64,000 nt of DNA from Eledone cirrhosa (Eukaryota): the NCBI GenBank assembly GCA_964016885.1, contig OZ024742.1, forward strand, positions 3,038,001 through 3,102,000. The letters are read 5' to 3'. The notes below the pieces were generated by a model that had not been told where the DNA came from, made no database searches, and saw only the letters and a list, made by a program, of their open reading frames with translations. Shown one piece after another: positions 12,885-29,298 of the stretch; positions within the stretch are counted from its first letter, which is position 1; every line of letters starts with the position of its first letter. Position numbers and translations under genes: made by a program.

Positions 12885-13300
12885 TAAGGGTGAAGGAATT
12901 GCATAGTCGCTAGAGAATTGGACAACGTTTCGTGGCATAGAATTATGGCCCTTTAGATTCTGAGATCAAATGCCGCTGAGGTTAGTTTTGACTTTCATCC
13001 TACAAGGATCGATAAAATAAAGTAGTAGTAATGCCCTGGTTCAATCTAGTCAACTTTCACTTTCCGCTGTCAAATTGCTGGCCTTGTTTCAAACACAGAA
13101 ACGATTGTTAGGTTGGATATAAAGCTTTACCTTATTCTTCCTTGCCTTCTGAGTTCAAATCCTGATGATGTCAACTTCGACTTTCATCCTTTCGAGAGAA
13201 AAAAACAAAAAACAAAAAGAAAACTGGTGTCGCTATTCCCTTTCGAACAATTTCTCAGTTCCTCTCTTTTTCTGAAAGTAATCGGCTCTGTTAAGATATT
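12885..13300 (+). mobile_element. Two diverged SINE copies in tandem
   Basis: Two ttctgag(a/t)tcaaat...actttcatcct motifs matching 19062-19240. Confidence 0.65.
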
Positions 13301-13351
13301 AGTTATGTATATCTACTGATATCTGCCCCTGACATGAAACCAGCTGGAAGA

Positions 13352-13393
<42 letters not shown>

Positions 13394-13394
<1 letters not shown>

Positions 13395-13457
13395 TAGTCC
13401 AGAATTAACCGTCGAATCGGCTAGAGCTAAGCCGTCGGAGTCCTACTCGTTCCTATA
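13394..13457 (+). mobile_element. 64-bp family-A pLTR fragment (3' half of the hammerhead) within (TA)n
   Basis: ttagtccagaattaaccgtcgaatcggctagagctaagccgtcggagtcctactcgttcctat. Confidence 0.8.
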
Positions 13458-13491
13458 TATATATATATACATATATATATATTCATACATA

Positions 13492-13622
<131 letters not shown>

Positions 13623-14389
13623 GAGAGAGAAATTACATGAATCAAAGTTCAGTTTAAATCATTTATTTGCTTACAATTGTTTCCTCCAAACCGAGGTTTG
13701 GTTTCTTCGGAGCAACTATTTAGTGATTTTTTACATACTTGACCTCCTTTTCAACACAAGAGACATATAAAAATATATGTATATATTGACCCACAGTGGG
13801 TTGACATCCATCATAATAATATAGCATGGCAATTTATATACAAAGGTTACAGTCATATTAAAGGACAAAATTAAAGTTAAAATAAAAATAAAAATGTAAA
13901 AAAAACATTGGCAGTTTATGAAGATAAAGCAAGAGGAAAGTTTAGAGTAGTCAGTGTATGAAACAGTCTCACGTGTGGCATGCACGCGTGTCTTATTTAT
14001 ACAGGATTATAGTGCGGCAGATTGTTACATGTAAAACAAGCAGTTAAAGCAGGCAATCAATAGCATCATGGGGGCTGTATTGTTAAAGCATTTTTCACAC
14101 ACACCTGTACGATATATAAGCCCGTTTGTAGAGAAACACCAAAAATATTACAAATGAGAAGCAAAACAGCACCACTGTCCTCGTACCCACCACCACTCAC
14201 ATAATCCAGGAAACGCAATTTATAGACTACATGTCCATCACACAATCCACGATGATTCAACATTGGGTGCCCGGTGAACCATGTTATAAATGATAGCTTG
14301 TCGTTTCTTATTTCGATTCATAGATCAGGTTGTTTTTGTTGTGAGAGATGACATTGTATTATATTCCGGAAGTGTGTGTGTGATTAAGG

Positions 14390-15775
14390 GAATTATAGAT
14401 TATAAAAAATTCAATATAGAAAGAACTAGAAAACTATTGCAAAAGACATTCAAAAACTATAACCTTAGTATTACCATGGACAAAAACACTAAAAACGTTA
14501 ACTTCCTAGACGCCACCCTCTGCCTAGACTCAATGATATATGCACCTTTCCACAAACCTAATGAAAAACTCATTTACGTAGATACCAAGTCTAACCACCC
14601 TGGATCTATATTAAACTCTATCTCTAAGGGAGTATCTAATAGAATATCTAATCTATCCTATGACGAAAACATATTTAACAAAAACTCGCAATATTATAAT
14701 CAGGCATTAGCTAGATCAGGCCATAATATAGAGATCGAGTTCCTACCTACAAAAACACATAGCTACAACATTATTTCGCACAACATGTCCATGAGAAAAT
14801 TTAGTAATAGGAATAGCAACCACACACACACTAATAGGGATGATACCAACAAAAGTAACCCAACCACAGAAATTACCATAGTACCATAAAAGGAAACAAC
14901 TCACCAGACATAAAAAAACAAAAATAGAAGAAGAAATAATACATTTTTCAACCCTCCTTTCAATCTAAACGTCTCTACCAACCTATCTAGGGCTTTCTTC
15001 TCACTACTAGATAAAAACTTCCTATCCGGCCACAAGTACCATAGCCTTTTAAACAAAAACACTATTAAAATTTCCTACTCTACTACGCCTAACATAGCAT
15101 ACCACATAGCTAGTAGCAATAAAAGAAAAATTAATTCTTACTTCCAACAAACTAAATCACAACAGACGATAAACCTTCAAAATAACATTATAACAACTAA
15201 CCCTAATATCAATAGAAATAATAGTAATAGCACTAGTGTAAACAATAACGCTGGGAACGACAACCCACATAACCATAACCCTATAGCTACCATCCAGACT
15301 TCTACACAACATAATAACCGGCAGACTAACACCCAGAATAATTGTAACTGTAGATCAAATAGAACCTGCCCTTTAGATAAAAAATGCTTAATCAACGATA
15401 TCATATACTCATGCACAGTCACAGCTATCAACTCTTCTGAAACCTATATAGGCTCTACTTCTAACTGCTTCAAAACTAGATACAATTCGCACCTCCACTT
15501 TTTCAAAAAACACAGTCTAGCCAACTCCACTTCACTATCTAGCTACATACACTATCTAAAAACTAAAAATATACAATATACACTTAAATGGGAAGTGATA
15601 GGTAATGCGACATCGTACAAACCACCTAATAAATTTTGTAACCTCTGTCTACTAGAGACCCATACTATCATCTTCTCTAACCATAACCTCCTTAATTAAA
15701 AATCAGAAGTGTTCGCGTCTTGCCAACACCGTTTCCGACACTCTTTCCAAAACTTTAAACCCAATATATAACAAT
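14390..15775 (+). pseudogene. PLE RT C-terminus, linker and GIY-YIG (frameshift and stop)
   Basis: VNFLDATL, PFHKPN, YVDTKSNHP, FFNPPF, NTIKISYST, CNCRSNRTCPLDKKC, YIGST, CNLCLLE. Confidence 0.9.
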
Positions 15776-18315
15776 GTCAGACTTGAACCCGACACCACCT
15801 CTAGCAACTAGGATCAGGGGCACACCTTACACCTCTTCTCCACTCCCATTAATCCGCTTTAACGCAAATAGTGACACGCTCATAGTACCTTTTACCCTAG
15901 AGATATCCCCATGTACTTCTACTTTTGGTATATTGGCCTTGAATTACTTGGACTACATTGCACTAATATATAATTAATGTAAACTGTAGGCACTGAATTG
16001 GTTGTGCTAACATTGTCCTATGCATGGAGTGCCTCCATAGGATAGATAGAAGATTAAGTAATTAATTTATTAAAAGGGCTATATATTCTATATGCTGAGT
16101 ACAATGAATTATGTACAGGTGATATATGAGTTATGAGTATATGTATGGCTTGATGGCCAGATTAATGTCTTTGTATGAGAGAATTGATCTCTGGACCACC
16201 CTGGCGATATTTAACTTTGCCATGCATTCAGACATACAATGACCCAGAGCTTACCGGGAGTCATATATAGTAATAAGACCCTGCCAGGTGCTGCGGATTG
16301 ACTACACTTACATAGATCATTGATTTGGAGGTCTGACACTTCTTGTAGAATGTTCTGTTGTGGCACTCCATGATAGAAGGTAATCATACTGATATGAACA
16401 CCTTTAGTACTTCTTGATAGACTACACTGTAATTTATAGATAAGATACTTAAATTCAGAAATTGTTTATAACCTTATATGATAGGGACTCATTTGAAACA
16501 CCATTAATGTACTTTAGGATAATAAATTTAACTATGAAAATCAGCTAGTTACCTCCCCATACGCATTAACTCCCCTTTCGCATTAACTCCCCTTAATCAC
16601 ACACACACACTTCCGGAATATAATACAATGTCATCTCTCACAACAAAAACAACCTGATCTATGAATCGAAATAAGGAACGATCTACAGTTACAATTATTC
16701 TGGGTGTTAGTCTGCCGGTTATTATGTTGTGTAGAAGTCTGGATGGTAGCTATAGGGTTATGGTTATGTGGGTTGTAGTTCCCAGCGTTATTGTTTACAC
16801 TAGTGCTATTACTATTATTTCTATTGATATTAGGGTTAGTTGTTATAATGTTATTTTGAAGGTTTATCGTCTGTTGTGATTTAGTTTGTTGGAAGTAAGA
16901 ATTAATTTTTCTTTTATTGCTACTAGCTATGTGGTATGCTATGTTAGGCGTAGTAGAGTAGGAGATTTTAATAGTGTTTTTGTTTAAAAGGCTATGGTAC
17001 TTGTGGCCGGATGGGAAGTTTTTATCTAGTAGTGAGAAGAAAGCCCTAGGTAGGTTGGTAGAGACGTTTAGATTGAAAGGAGGGTTGAAAAATGTATTAT
17101 TTCTTCTTCTATTTTTGTTTTTTTATGTCTGGTGGGTTGTTTCCTTTTATGGTACTATGGTAATTTCTGTGGTGTGGGTTACTTTTGTTGGTATCATCCC
17201 TATTACTGTGTGCGTGGTTGCTATTCCTATTACTAAATTTTCTCATGGACATGTTGTGCGAAATAATGTTGTAGCTATGTGTTTTTGTAGGTAGGAACTC
17301 GATCTCTATATTATGGCCTGATCTAGCTAATGCCTGATTATAATATTGCGAGTTTTTGTTAAATATGTTTACGTCATAGGATAGAATAGAGATTCTATTA
17401 GATACTCCCTTAGAGATAGAGTTTAATATAGATCTAGAGTGGTTAGACTTGGTATCTACGTAAATGAGTTTTTTTATTAGGTTTGTGGAAAGGTGCATAT
17501 ATCATTGAGTCTAGGTAGAGGGTGGCGTCTAGGAAGTTAACGTTTTTAGTGTTTTTGTCCAGGGTAATACTAAGGTTATAGTTTTTGAATGTCTTGTGCA
17601 ATAGTTTTCTAGTTCTTTCTATATTGAATTTTTCATAATCTATAATTCCCTTAATCACACACACACTTCCGGAATATAATACAATGTCATCTCTCACAAC
17701 AAAAACAACCTGATCTATGAATCGAAATAAGAAACGACAAGCTATGATTTATAACATGGTTCACCGTGCACCCAATGTTGAATCATCGTGGATTGTGTGA
17801 TGGACATGTAGTCTATAAATTGCGTTTCCTGGATTATGTGAGTGGTGGTGGGTACGAGGACAGTGGTGCTGTTTTGCTTCTCATTTGTAATATTTTTGGT
17901 GTTTCTCTACAAACGGGCTTATATATCGTACAAGTGTGTGTGAAAAATGCTTTAACAATACAGCCCCCATGATGCTATTGATTGCCTGCTTTAACTGCTT
18001 GTTTTACATGTAACAATCTGCTGCACTATAATCCTGTATAAATAAGACACGCGTGCATGCCACACGTGAGACTGTTTCATACACTAACTACTCTAAACTT
18101 TCCTCTTGCTTTCTCTTCATAAACTGCCAATTTTTTATTTTTATTTTTATTTTAACTTTAATTTTGTCCTTTAATATGACTGTAACCTTTGTATGTAAAT
18201 TGCCATGCTATATTATTATGATGGATGCAACCCACTGTGGGTCAATATATACATATGTTTTTATATGTCTCTTGTATTGAAAAGGAGGTCAAGTATGTAA
18301 AAAATCACTAAATAG

Positions 18316-18364
18316 TTGCTCCGAAGAAACCAAACCTCGGTTTGGAGGAAACAATTGTAAGCAA
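18316..18364 (+). ncRNA. Minimal hammerhead (family E); mirror at 13667-13715 (-), relative at 22384-22430 (+)
   Basis: ttgct-CCGAAGA-aaccaaacc(tc)ggtttggag-GAAA-caattg-TA-agcaa; palindromic stem III ACAATTGT. Confidence 0.75.
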
Positions 18365-18619
18365 ATAAATGATTTAAACTAAACTTTGATTCATGTAATT
18401 TCTATATAACTGCTCTGTAAAACAACTGATGTTATTACATTGAGCTATTTATCTTACTGGTAATAAGATAGTAAAGAATTACTGTCTTTCACTATTTAGA
18501 GTTTAAAATATATATAACTATAAAAGGTTTTATTATATACATAACCATAAATAGTATCCTTAATACTATATATATATATATATATATAAACAAATATAAA
18601 TATTAATATATACATACAT

Positions 18620-18731
<112 letters not shown>

Positions 18732-18812
18732 TTACTCCATTCCAGAAACTAATTAGTTGGAAGTGATATTTTAGTAATTAAGTTAATTTTATAATTTTCT
18801 TATTTTACGTCT

Positions 18813-19240
<428 letters not shown>

Positions 19241-19344
19241 TTATTATATATATATATATATAAAATAATAATTGTTTCTACTTTTGGCACAAGGCCAGCA
19301 ACTCACCAGTGTATTACTGGTACTTTATTTTATCGACCCCATAA

Positions 19345-19582
19345 AATAATAATGATACTATTTACAGTTATGTATATACTATAAACAACTATAAACAGGA
19401 AAGGTCAGTAATTTATTACCACCTTATTACCAGTAAGAGAAATAGCTCAATGTAAGAACATCAGGTGTTTTGCAGAGCAGGAATATAAATTACACAATTA
19501 TCAAAGATATGTTCAAAAGAAAGTTTGGAAGAAACGATTGTCAGCAATAAAATGATTTGAACATAACTTTGATAATTGTGTA

Positions 19583-19590
<8 letters not shown>
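19345..19590 (-). mobile_element. Mini fold-back PLE end related to family E
   Basis: Minus strand resembles 18375-18567; 31-bp inverted arms enclose GAAAcgattgTCagcaa. Confidence 0.7.
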
Positions 19591-19616
<26 letters not shown>

Positions 19617-19621
<5 letters not shown>

Positions 19622-19810
19622 AACCAGTAAGACCCCGACAGCTGAGCTCAAGCCGTCTCGACGGCTAATTCAGTCCAGAATTAGCCGTCGAAACGGCTTG
19701 AGCTCAGCTGTCGGGGTCTTACTGGTTCCTATTACCCACTCTACTACCTCAAGTATTGAGTACTTTGGTGCGTTATGGTCCACCTGGTTCCTTACCACAT
19801 TTCCTTCGTT
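19617..19810 (+). mobile_element. Mini fold-back PLE end (family A)
   Basis: Palindrome centred on aattc-agtcca-gaatt (~19675); sense arm almost identical to 5517-5654. Confidence 0.85.
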
Positions 19811-20477
19811 ATATATATATATATATATACATTTGAACATACATATATACACATGAATATACGTATATACTTACATTGATAATACATACGTTCATATATA
19901 ACGATATGCATAAACCATGTCAATTAATATTCATTTGTGAAATGCGCAACGAAAGCAGTTGTCGCAGCATGATTAAGACTATTTTGCGAAGCTTGGCTTC
20001 ATCTATTTCCTTGATATGTTTGAAGGAAAATGTCCTCTACAAATTATTGTCCTTAAAAAGAAAACAAGTTTTAGGAATTGAATTTCATTTGCATCTCCGA
20101 TAATATATAAACCCTTGTCTCCGTCTTTTGTTGTCATTTACATAAGAATATATATCAGAACAAAAGACGTCATATATTTCATCAGTCTCAGTATTTCTGT
20201 TGATATTTGTTATATAAGATGGGATAAAAAAACAAAAAAAAAACAATCACACATATTCCTTACATTTCAAAGCTATGGTTTGGAAATCAATATTTTTCTG
20301 ACATACATTGTACGCGTATCTGACAATAAGATTAAGTTATCTAACTAGGAGACTAATGCATATATCAGTTTTTTTTTACCATTCTTCTATGATTGAAAAA
20401 TAAGAAAGAAAAATGCTAAAAAAACTTTCGTCTACAGATCAACTTAAATAATTTGAAACGAACATATATGTATATAC

Positions 20478-20537
<60 letters not shown>

Positions 20538-20595
20538 ATGTATATATATATGTATATTACATACATATATATATTTATATATATGTATATATGTA

Positions 20596-20685
<90 letters not shown>

Positions 20686-21447
20686 ATGTATGTGTGTGTG
20701 TGGTGTTTTCTTTTTATAATTATAATTCATATATATTATTGAAATTCATGTTATTTTTTTATTTAGAATAAATATCACACTGCGATATTCAAATATGATT
20801 ACTTCATCCATTCGTTTACAACAAAAGTTTTTTTTTTCGGAGTTTTTATTTTTACACAATACCAAAATACTTACAATTATTGTTGGTAAAGTGTGGATTT
20901 GCCACTTTTTCTCTCTTTCATTTTAGTAAAAGGAAAAACATAAGAAAATTCAGGAAATTAATGGATATAAATTTTAGGTTTTTTTTTTTATTAAGTGTTA
21001 ACATCATTACCGTCTTTATCATCATCTTTATTATCACCATCATTATCGTCTTTATTATCAACAGCTTCCTAGTCATCATCATCATCATCATCATCATCAT
21101 CACCATCATCATCTGTCATTACTATGAATATTAGTCATGATCTTCATCAATAAATAAAATAAAAACTACAAAACAAAAATTAATACAAAATATATACATA
21201 ACATTTAACAATATTTTGCCCCCCCCCCCTCACCACAACAAAAGACTCTTCTTTAGAAAATAACTTTGCACCGACCGGAAGTAAGTTTTATTTCAATTTA
21301 CTGTGGGCATCACAACCAGATTTCTCCGTTTTAATGCAAATATTTATTTGACATCAATTAGTTTCAATAGAATTCTATATACAATGGAAGAAAGAATATG
21401 GACATAAAACATATCTGCTACCTGTTTCTAGAAAAATCGGTACCGAT

Positions 21448-22653
<1,206 letters not shown>

Positions 22654-22659
22654 AAGATT

Positions 22660-23783
22660 TGAATGGATACAGTTTAGTTGAAAGGAATTTATTGACACGT
22701 GTTTCTATAACAGTTACATAACCTAAAACAGTTGCTATCTACAAACTTTTAGTTATGCAGACATTCAATATTTCAATGTTATTATTTACTGTCATTTCAT
22801 CAGAATAATATTACTGAGGACCTATTTAGTTTTTATAGAGAATATTAGGAGGGAGGGGTGAAGTTGTTAGAAGAATAGTTGAAGGAGTGGTTTTTCGATA
22901 GCGGTGAGAATTCTTGGTGGCAGTGAGTAATTAGATTCCCATCTGTTGTTTTGACATTTTTTTATAGAATATATTATTGGTTATTTTTCTAAATCTATAG
23001 AAGGATTAGAGATAGTAAAGATATGCGTGGTTGGTTTTGTGTTTGCACTTAATTAACATTCAGACTTAAATTTTTCTTTCAAGTGTACGTATCCTTTCAC
23101 CCACGCATTCACACACAAGTATATTTGCACACCTCTACAAAATACATATACTCACAATTCACATATTCATACTTACATATATATACACATGCATACACAT
23201 ATATATACACACATGTATTCATGTACATACATACGCGCTCATGTGTATACATTTTCATACTCAACTTATCTTTATATACACACGTATAGACACACACATA
23301 TATACATACATACTCCAGTCCATGTGTACACACATTCATTATCGCATATTTGCACCTATTCTCATCAGCATATCTTTCCATTATTAGTGTGGTAATTTAA
23401 GGTTATTAATATATGTTGAGAAGAGATTGTTTTTATATTTTTCTAACTAGATTAAGGTTTATATAGTTGGGGGATGTCCCTCTTTTATGTAATATTCGGC
23501 TTGTAGTGGGAAAAAAGGGTTTTAGTTCTGTGACGGCAGAATAATGTTCGTTCAATTCTGTTATTCAGCAGTTTCTTCTTGTGTGTGATTATGTAATAAA
23601 TCTCAAGATTACACAATTTGCAGAAATTTTGGCTCCTGGAAAAGCTTTGGGTTTTAGCTAATTTCTCCCATTTTAGGGTAAACTTTTGATCGCTATCCCT
23701 GAGCGTCCAAGCTTTTTCTGCTAAAGTTGTTACATTTCTTTGGCTCTGGTGTTTTATTGAGTAAGAATGCCTATACAATCGAG
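22660..23783 (-). mobile_element. Naiad-like PLE 3' fragment (GIY-YIG end 23485-23783, UTR, decayed hammerhead ~22762-22808)
   Basis: TTLAEKAW..LKWEKL..CKLCNLE..LLNNRIE..FCRH; minus strand attCTGATGAaatg...cattGAAAtattgaat. Confidence 0.75.
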
Positions 23784-25772
23784 ATTTAGTTTCTGAATTT
23801 GTTTAGCAAGATTCTTTATCTGAAAACGTTTGTTGAAGCCGATATTGTTATAATTTGGGAGGGTCATGTTGCCAATAAGAAACACACGCACCAGTTTCTT
23901 TCACTTCAATTTATTATAATAAATTTATAAATTTAGGAATTTATAAATTTCCGGTTGGTTGGTTGGTTCCACAACCAGATGGTTGTTTATATATTGTCAA
24001 AGTTCGTTCGTCACACATTATGTGATCTCTTCAGTGACTGGGGATTCTTTTCTTTGTTTTTGTGCCTCTCCTTTGTTCTGTCCTACGCCATCTTGTTTCT
24101 GTGTGTGTTGTGTGCTCAGTCTGCGCATGCGCCACATCCGGGTGTCTGTGTGTGCTTATATTCGTTTATTTATTTGTTTATTTACATGTTACAGGTTGGT
24201 TGTTTGTTCTATGTGCGTGTGTATTTTCATTTTGTCCTTAATTGTAAGTTGTGATGTTGCTGTTCCACTCATGTTTTCTATTTAATTTTGATTGTAATTC
24301 TTTTATGTTTATTGCCTCTGTGATTTGTCTAAACATTGCATCTTTTCTGTGTGTAGATTCTATTTTTATTTCTATGTTCTCTAATTTCCCCTTATGTTCA
24401 GTTTTAGGATGTTGGTAGATTACAGATGATTCTTTACTATCTTGAAGGTCTCGCTAGTGTTCATTTATCCGTTCCCCTACACTACGAGCTGTCTCACCTA
24501 TGTACACTATATTTTTGTCTCTACATTGTCCTTCAGTACATCTTATGCTATATACTACATTTCTAGTTTTACAGTTAATATGGGGGCTTAATTTACAGGT
24601 TATACATTTCTTATCTATACAGAGGGTCTTTGAAAAGGGTATGGCTTGCTAATAAGTGTTTTTATGGAGGTACCTGGTCTTTCTACTATCTTAATATTGA
24701 GTTTATGTTTATCTAGGGCCCTTCTAAATTTGTAAGCTAATTCACCTCTAGGGGTTGTATCGATGAACATTACACTCTGGTATTTATTGCTATCATACCA
24801 TGAGTTTATTCTATTAGCCTTATTCCTAGTTCTTTCTATTCTATTCCAAAATTATCTTCTAAACAAGGGGCAGGTACCATTTGTGTCATTATTTATCATT
24901 TTTTCCCATTTGGTTCTGGCTCCTCTATACACTCTGATTTTATCTCTCTGATTGTAACTAGAGAACTGCCTACGGTGGATGAAGTGTTGTATGTGTCTCT
25001 CTAGTTCTTCGGGGTTGCACATGCGGGACACGTTTCTCATCACCCGTACCAAATCCGCAAACAGTATGTTGATTTTGGTATGGTTCGAAACAGCTGAATT
25101 TCTGTGGATCAGATATTTGGAAGTCATGGGGTTGGCATAATGGGAATGGAGGATTTGTTTTTTGTTATTAATGGTATCTAACCAGAGCTCTGTGTCTAGT
25201 ACAGGTAATCGATGGTTGGGGTGTTTACTTGGGTAGTCTATAGTAACTCTAATACTCTGGTGGATGGAGTTAGCTATTTTCTGGATGCTTTCCATTGTGT
25301 TTTTCTCTAATTCCTGACTGTTCTCTAGTGGAGGTGTTTTAACTATGATGTTTATATCATCAACGTAGCGGGAGTACATTATCAGGGTTAAGGTGGTCTT
25401 CTAATTGTTCTTCAAGTTTAAGTTTAAGTCTACTGTCCCACCATACCATGAATAAGTTAGCTATGTCGCCTGCAATGCTAACACCAATGGCTGCTCCTTC
25501 CTCTTGGGCATATGTTTTTCCATTAAATTTGAACATATGTTCCTTAAGGGTTAGTTTTATGCTGGCCCCCACCGCATGTGCAATCATTTTCTTTAGTACA
25601 TCGTAGTTTTCGGGGGTCCGTATGGCTCTGGTCCACCTGTTCCATCTATCTGTGTGGGTTTTCTTGGCCATTGAGGTAATGGTAGGTGGTCTGCCTCTTG
25701 CTGGTCTTGTAGGGCACAGGTTGCTAAGGTCATATGTGTCTAGGTAATTATTACTATAGGTAAGTTTAAGTA

Positions 25773-27642
25773 AAACGGGCAGTGACCCTATCACGGGACC
25801 ACCAACACAGCCAGGCTGTGGAGCTAACACTCCTAGTAACTACAGACTGTCCTACTTCCTCTCCCTGATCATACGCCCCATCATTGAAATGTCCCCAGAT
25901 GTATGTGACAGCACGGAGGACCTCCTCAGCAGAATCGGCGACAGTAACCGATCTAGGGACCTAACAAACTGCATAATAGGTAGTATGGATGTTGTGTCCC
26001 TGTATCCATCTATTTACGTAGATTTTGCTGTGGAGAAATGCGTAGAAATGATCAGTGAGAGCAATGTTGAGTTCCGTGGGATTGATACCAGTGAGCTGGG
26101 ACGCCTACTTAAACTTACCTATAGTAATAATTACCCAGACACATATGACCTTAGCAACCTGTGCCCTACAAGACCAGCAAGAGGCAGACCACCTACCATT
26201 ACCTCAATGGCCAAGAAAATCCACACAGATAGATGGAACGGGTGGACCAGAGCCATACGGACCCCCGAAAACCACGATGAACTAAAGAAAATGATTGCAC
26301 ATGCGGTGGGGGCCAGCATAAAATTAACCCTTAAGGAACATATGGTCAAATTTAATGGAAAAACATATGCCTAAGAGGAAGGAGCAGCCATTGGTGTTAG
26401 CATTGCAGGAGACATAGCTAACTTATTCATGGTATGGTGGGACAGAAGACTTAAACTTAAACTTGAAGAACAATTAGAAGACCCCCTTAACCCTGATAAT
26501 TTACTCCCGCTACGTTGATGATATAAACATCGTAGTTAAAAAAAAACCCACTAGAGAACAGTCAGGAATTAAAGAAAAACACAATGGAAAGCATCCAGCA
26601 AATAGCTAACTCCATCCACCAGAGTATTAGAGTTACTATAGACTACCCAAGTAAACACCCCAACCTTCGATTACCTGTACTAGACACAGAGCTCTGGTTA
26701 GATACCATTAATAACAAAAAACAAATCCTCCATTCCCATTATGCCAAACCCATGACTTCCAAATATCTGATCCACAGAAACTCAGTTGTTTCGGACCATA
26801 CCAAAATGAACATACTGATTGCGGATTTGGTACGGGTGATGAGAAACGTGTCCCGCATGTGCAACCCCAAAGAACTAGAGAGACACATACAACACTTCAT
26901 CCACCGTAGGCAGTTCTCTGGTTACAATCAGAAAGATAAAATAAGAGTGTATAGAGGAGCCAGAACCAAATGGGAAAAAATGGTAAATAATGACACAAAT
27001 GGGTCCTGCCCCATGTATAGAAGCAAATTTCGGAATAGAATAGAAAGAACTAGGAATAAGGCTAATAGAATAAACTCATGGTATGATAGCAATAAATACC
27101 AGAGTGTATTGTTCATTGATACAACCCCTAGAGGTGAATTAGCTTACAAATTTAGAAGGGCCCTAGATAAACATAAACTCAATATTAAGATAGTAGAAAG
27201 ACCAGGTACCTCCATAAAAACACTTATTAGCAAGATATACCCTTTTCAAAGACCCCCCTGTATAGATAAGAAATGTATAACCTGTAAATTAAGTCCCCAT
27301 ATTAACTGTAAAACTAGAAATGTAGTATATAGCATAAGATGTACTGAAGGACAATGTAGAGACAAAAATATAGTGCACATAGGTGAGACAGCTCGTAGTG
27401 TAGGGGAACGGATAAATGAACACTGGCGAGACCTTCAAGATAGTAAAGAATCATCTGTACTCTACCAACATGCTAAAATAGAACATAAGGGTAAATTAGA
27501 GAACATAGAAATAAAAATTGAATCTACACACAGAAAAGATGGAATGTTTAGACAAATTACAGAGGCAATAAACATAAAAGAATTACAACCAAAATTAAAT
27601 AGAAAACATGAGTGGACCAGCAACATCACAACTTACAATTAA
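25773..27642 (+). pseudogene. PLE RT + Cys-rich linker + GIY-YIG, disrupted
   Basis: GSMDVVSLYPSI, GAAIGVSIAG, SRYVDD, LPVLD, CIDKKCITC, NVVYSIRC, IGETAR, ITEA, LNRKHEW. Confidence 0.92.
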
Positions 27643-27845
27643 GGACAAAATGAAAACACACACGCACATAGAACAAACAACCAACCTGTAACATGTAAAT
27701 AAACAAATAAATAAACGAATATAAGCACACACAGACACCCGGATGTGGCGCATGCGCAGACTGAGCACACAACACACACACACAGAAACAAGATGGCGTA
27801 GGACAGAACAAAGGAGAGGCACAAAAACAAAGAAAAGAATCCCCA

Positions 27846-27888
27846 GTCACTGAAGAGATCACATAATGTGTGACGAAAGAACTTTGAC
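27846..27888 (+). ncRNA. Minimal hammerhead (family F); mirror at 23996-24038 (-) has GAAC in place of GAAA
   Basis: gtca-CTGAAGA-g(a)tcacat(aat)gtgtgac-GAAA-gaac-TT-tgac. Confidence 0.8.
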
Positions 27889-28030
27889 AATATATAAACA
27901 ACCATCTGGTTGTGGAACCAACCAACCGGAAATTTATAAATTCCTAAATTTTTAAATTTATTATAATAAATTGAAGTGAAAGCAACTGGTGCGTGTGTTT
28001 CTTATTGGCAACATGACCCTCCCAAAGTAT

Positions 28031-28072
<42 letters not shown>

Positions 28073-28139
28073 GGAATAGAAGGAAACGAAATTTCATTTC
28101 TGACTCTTAGTACGGTAGTTACTTAAATGTAAGTATGTA

Positions 28140-28379
28140 TGTATACGTATATACATATATGTATGCAGACGTACAGTTGTATGTATATATATATATACAT
28201 GCACACATATATATATATGCACGTATCGGTTTACCGAACATTTATTATAATGCTTACAAACAAACTGAGCATTATAATAAATGTTCGGTAAACCGATACG
28301 CGCATATATATATATGTGCATGTATGTATATATATACATACTACTGTACGTCTGTATACATATATGTATGTACGTATAT

Positions 28380-28385
<6 letters not shown>
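28140..28385. repeat. ~115-bp-arm palindrome within low-complexity DNA
   Basis: cgtatcggtttaccgaacatttattataatgct / agcattataataaatgttcggtaaaccgatacg. Confidence 0.85.
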
Positions 28386-28445
<60 letters not shown>

Positions 28446-28486
28446 GTATATATATATGTATATATATATGTATATATATATATATG

Positions 28487-28703
<217 letters not shown>

Positions 28704-28729
28704 GTATATATATATGTATATATGTATAT

Positions 28730-28760
<31 letters not shown>

Positions 28761-28873
28761 CACATATATATAAATTTTACACAGGTATATATATAGTGAT
28801 AATAATAAAATATATATATATATATATACATATACACATATACATATTTATATTACACATATTATTACTATAT

Positions 28874-28931
<58 letters not shown>

Positions 28932-28945
28932 CGTTTCTGAATTTG

Positions 28946-29003
<58 letters not shown>

Positions 29004-29017
29004 CAAATTCAGAAACG

Positions 29018-29073
<56 letters not shown>

Positions 29074-29087
29074 CGTTTCTGAATTTG

Positions 29088-29129
<42 letters not shown>

Positions 29130-29249
29130 AAATAACAGCTCGATCCACACACGGATCACACCTCGAGCTGTTCTTCGGGGAAACAATTGTAACACACAAT
29201 AAATTGAGTTTCGATGCATCACTGATTTTTCATTCTATATATTTATATA

Positions 29250-29295
<46 letters not shown>

Positions 29296-29298
<3 letters not shown>

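Larger units (their letters stand above)
13630..18567 (+). mobile_element. Doubly inverted Naiad-like PLE (arms ~13630-15288 / ~16683-18403)
   Basis: Order: anti-pLTR, sense coding + UTR, ~90 bp of pLTR start, antisense coding, sense pLTR + tail. Confidence 0.9.
23784..28038. mobile_element. Neptune-like PLE as a head-to-head inverted pair (~1.93-kb arms 23842-25772 / 26107-28038)
   Basis: Both arms encode RT C-half + GIY-YIG + pLTR; spacer 25773-26106 is upstream RT on the + strand. Confidence 0.92.
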
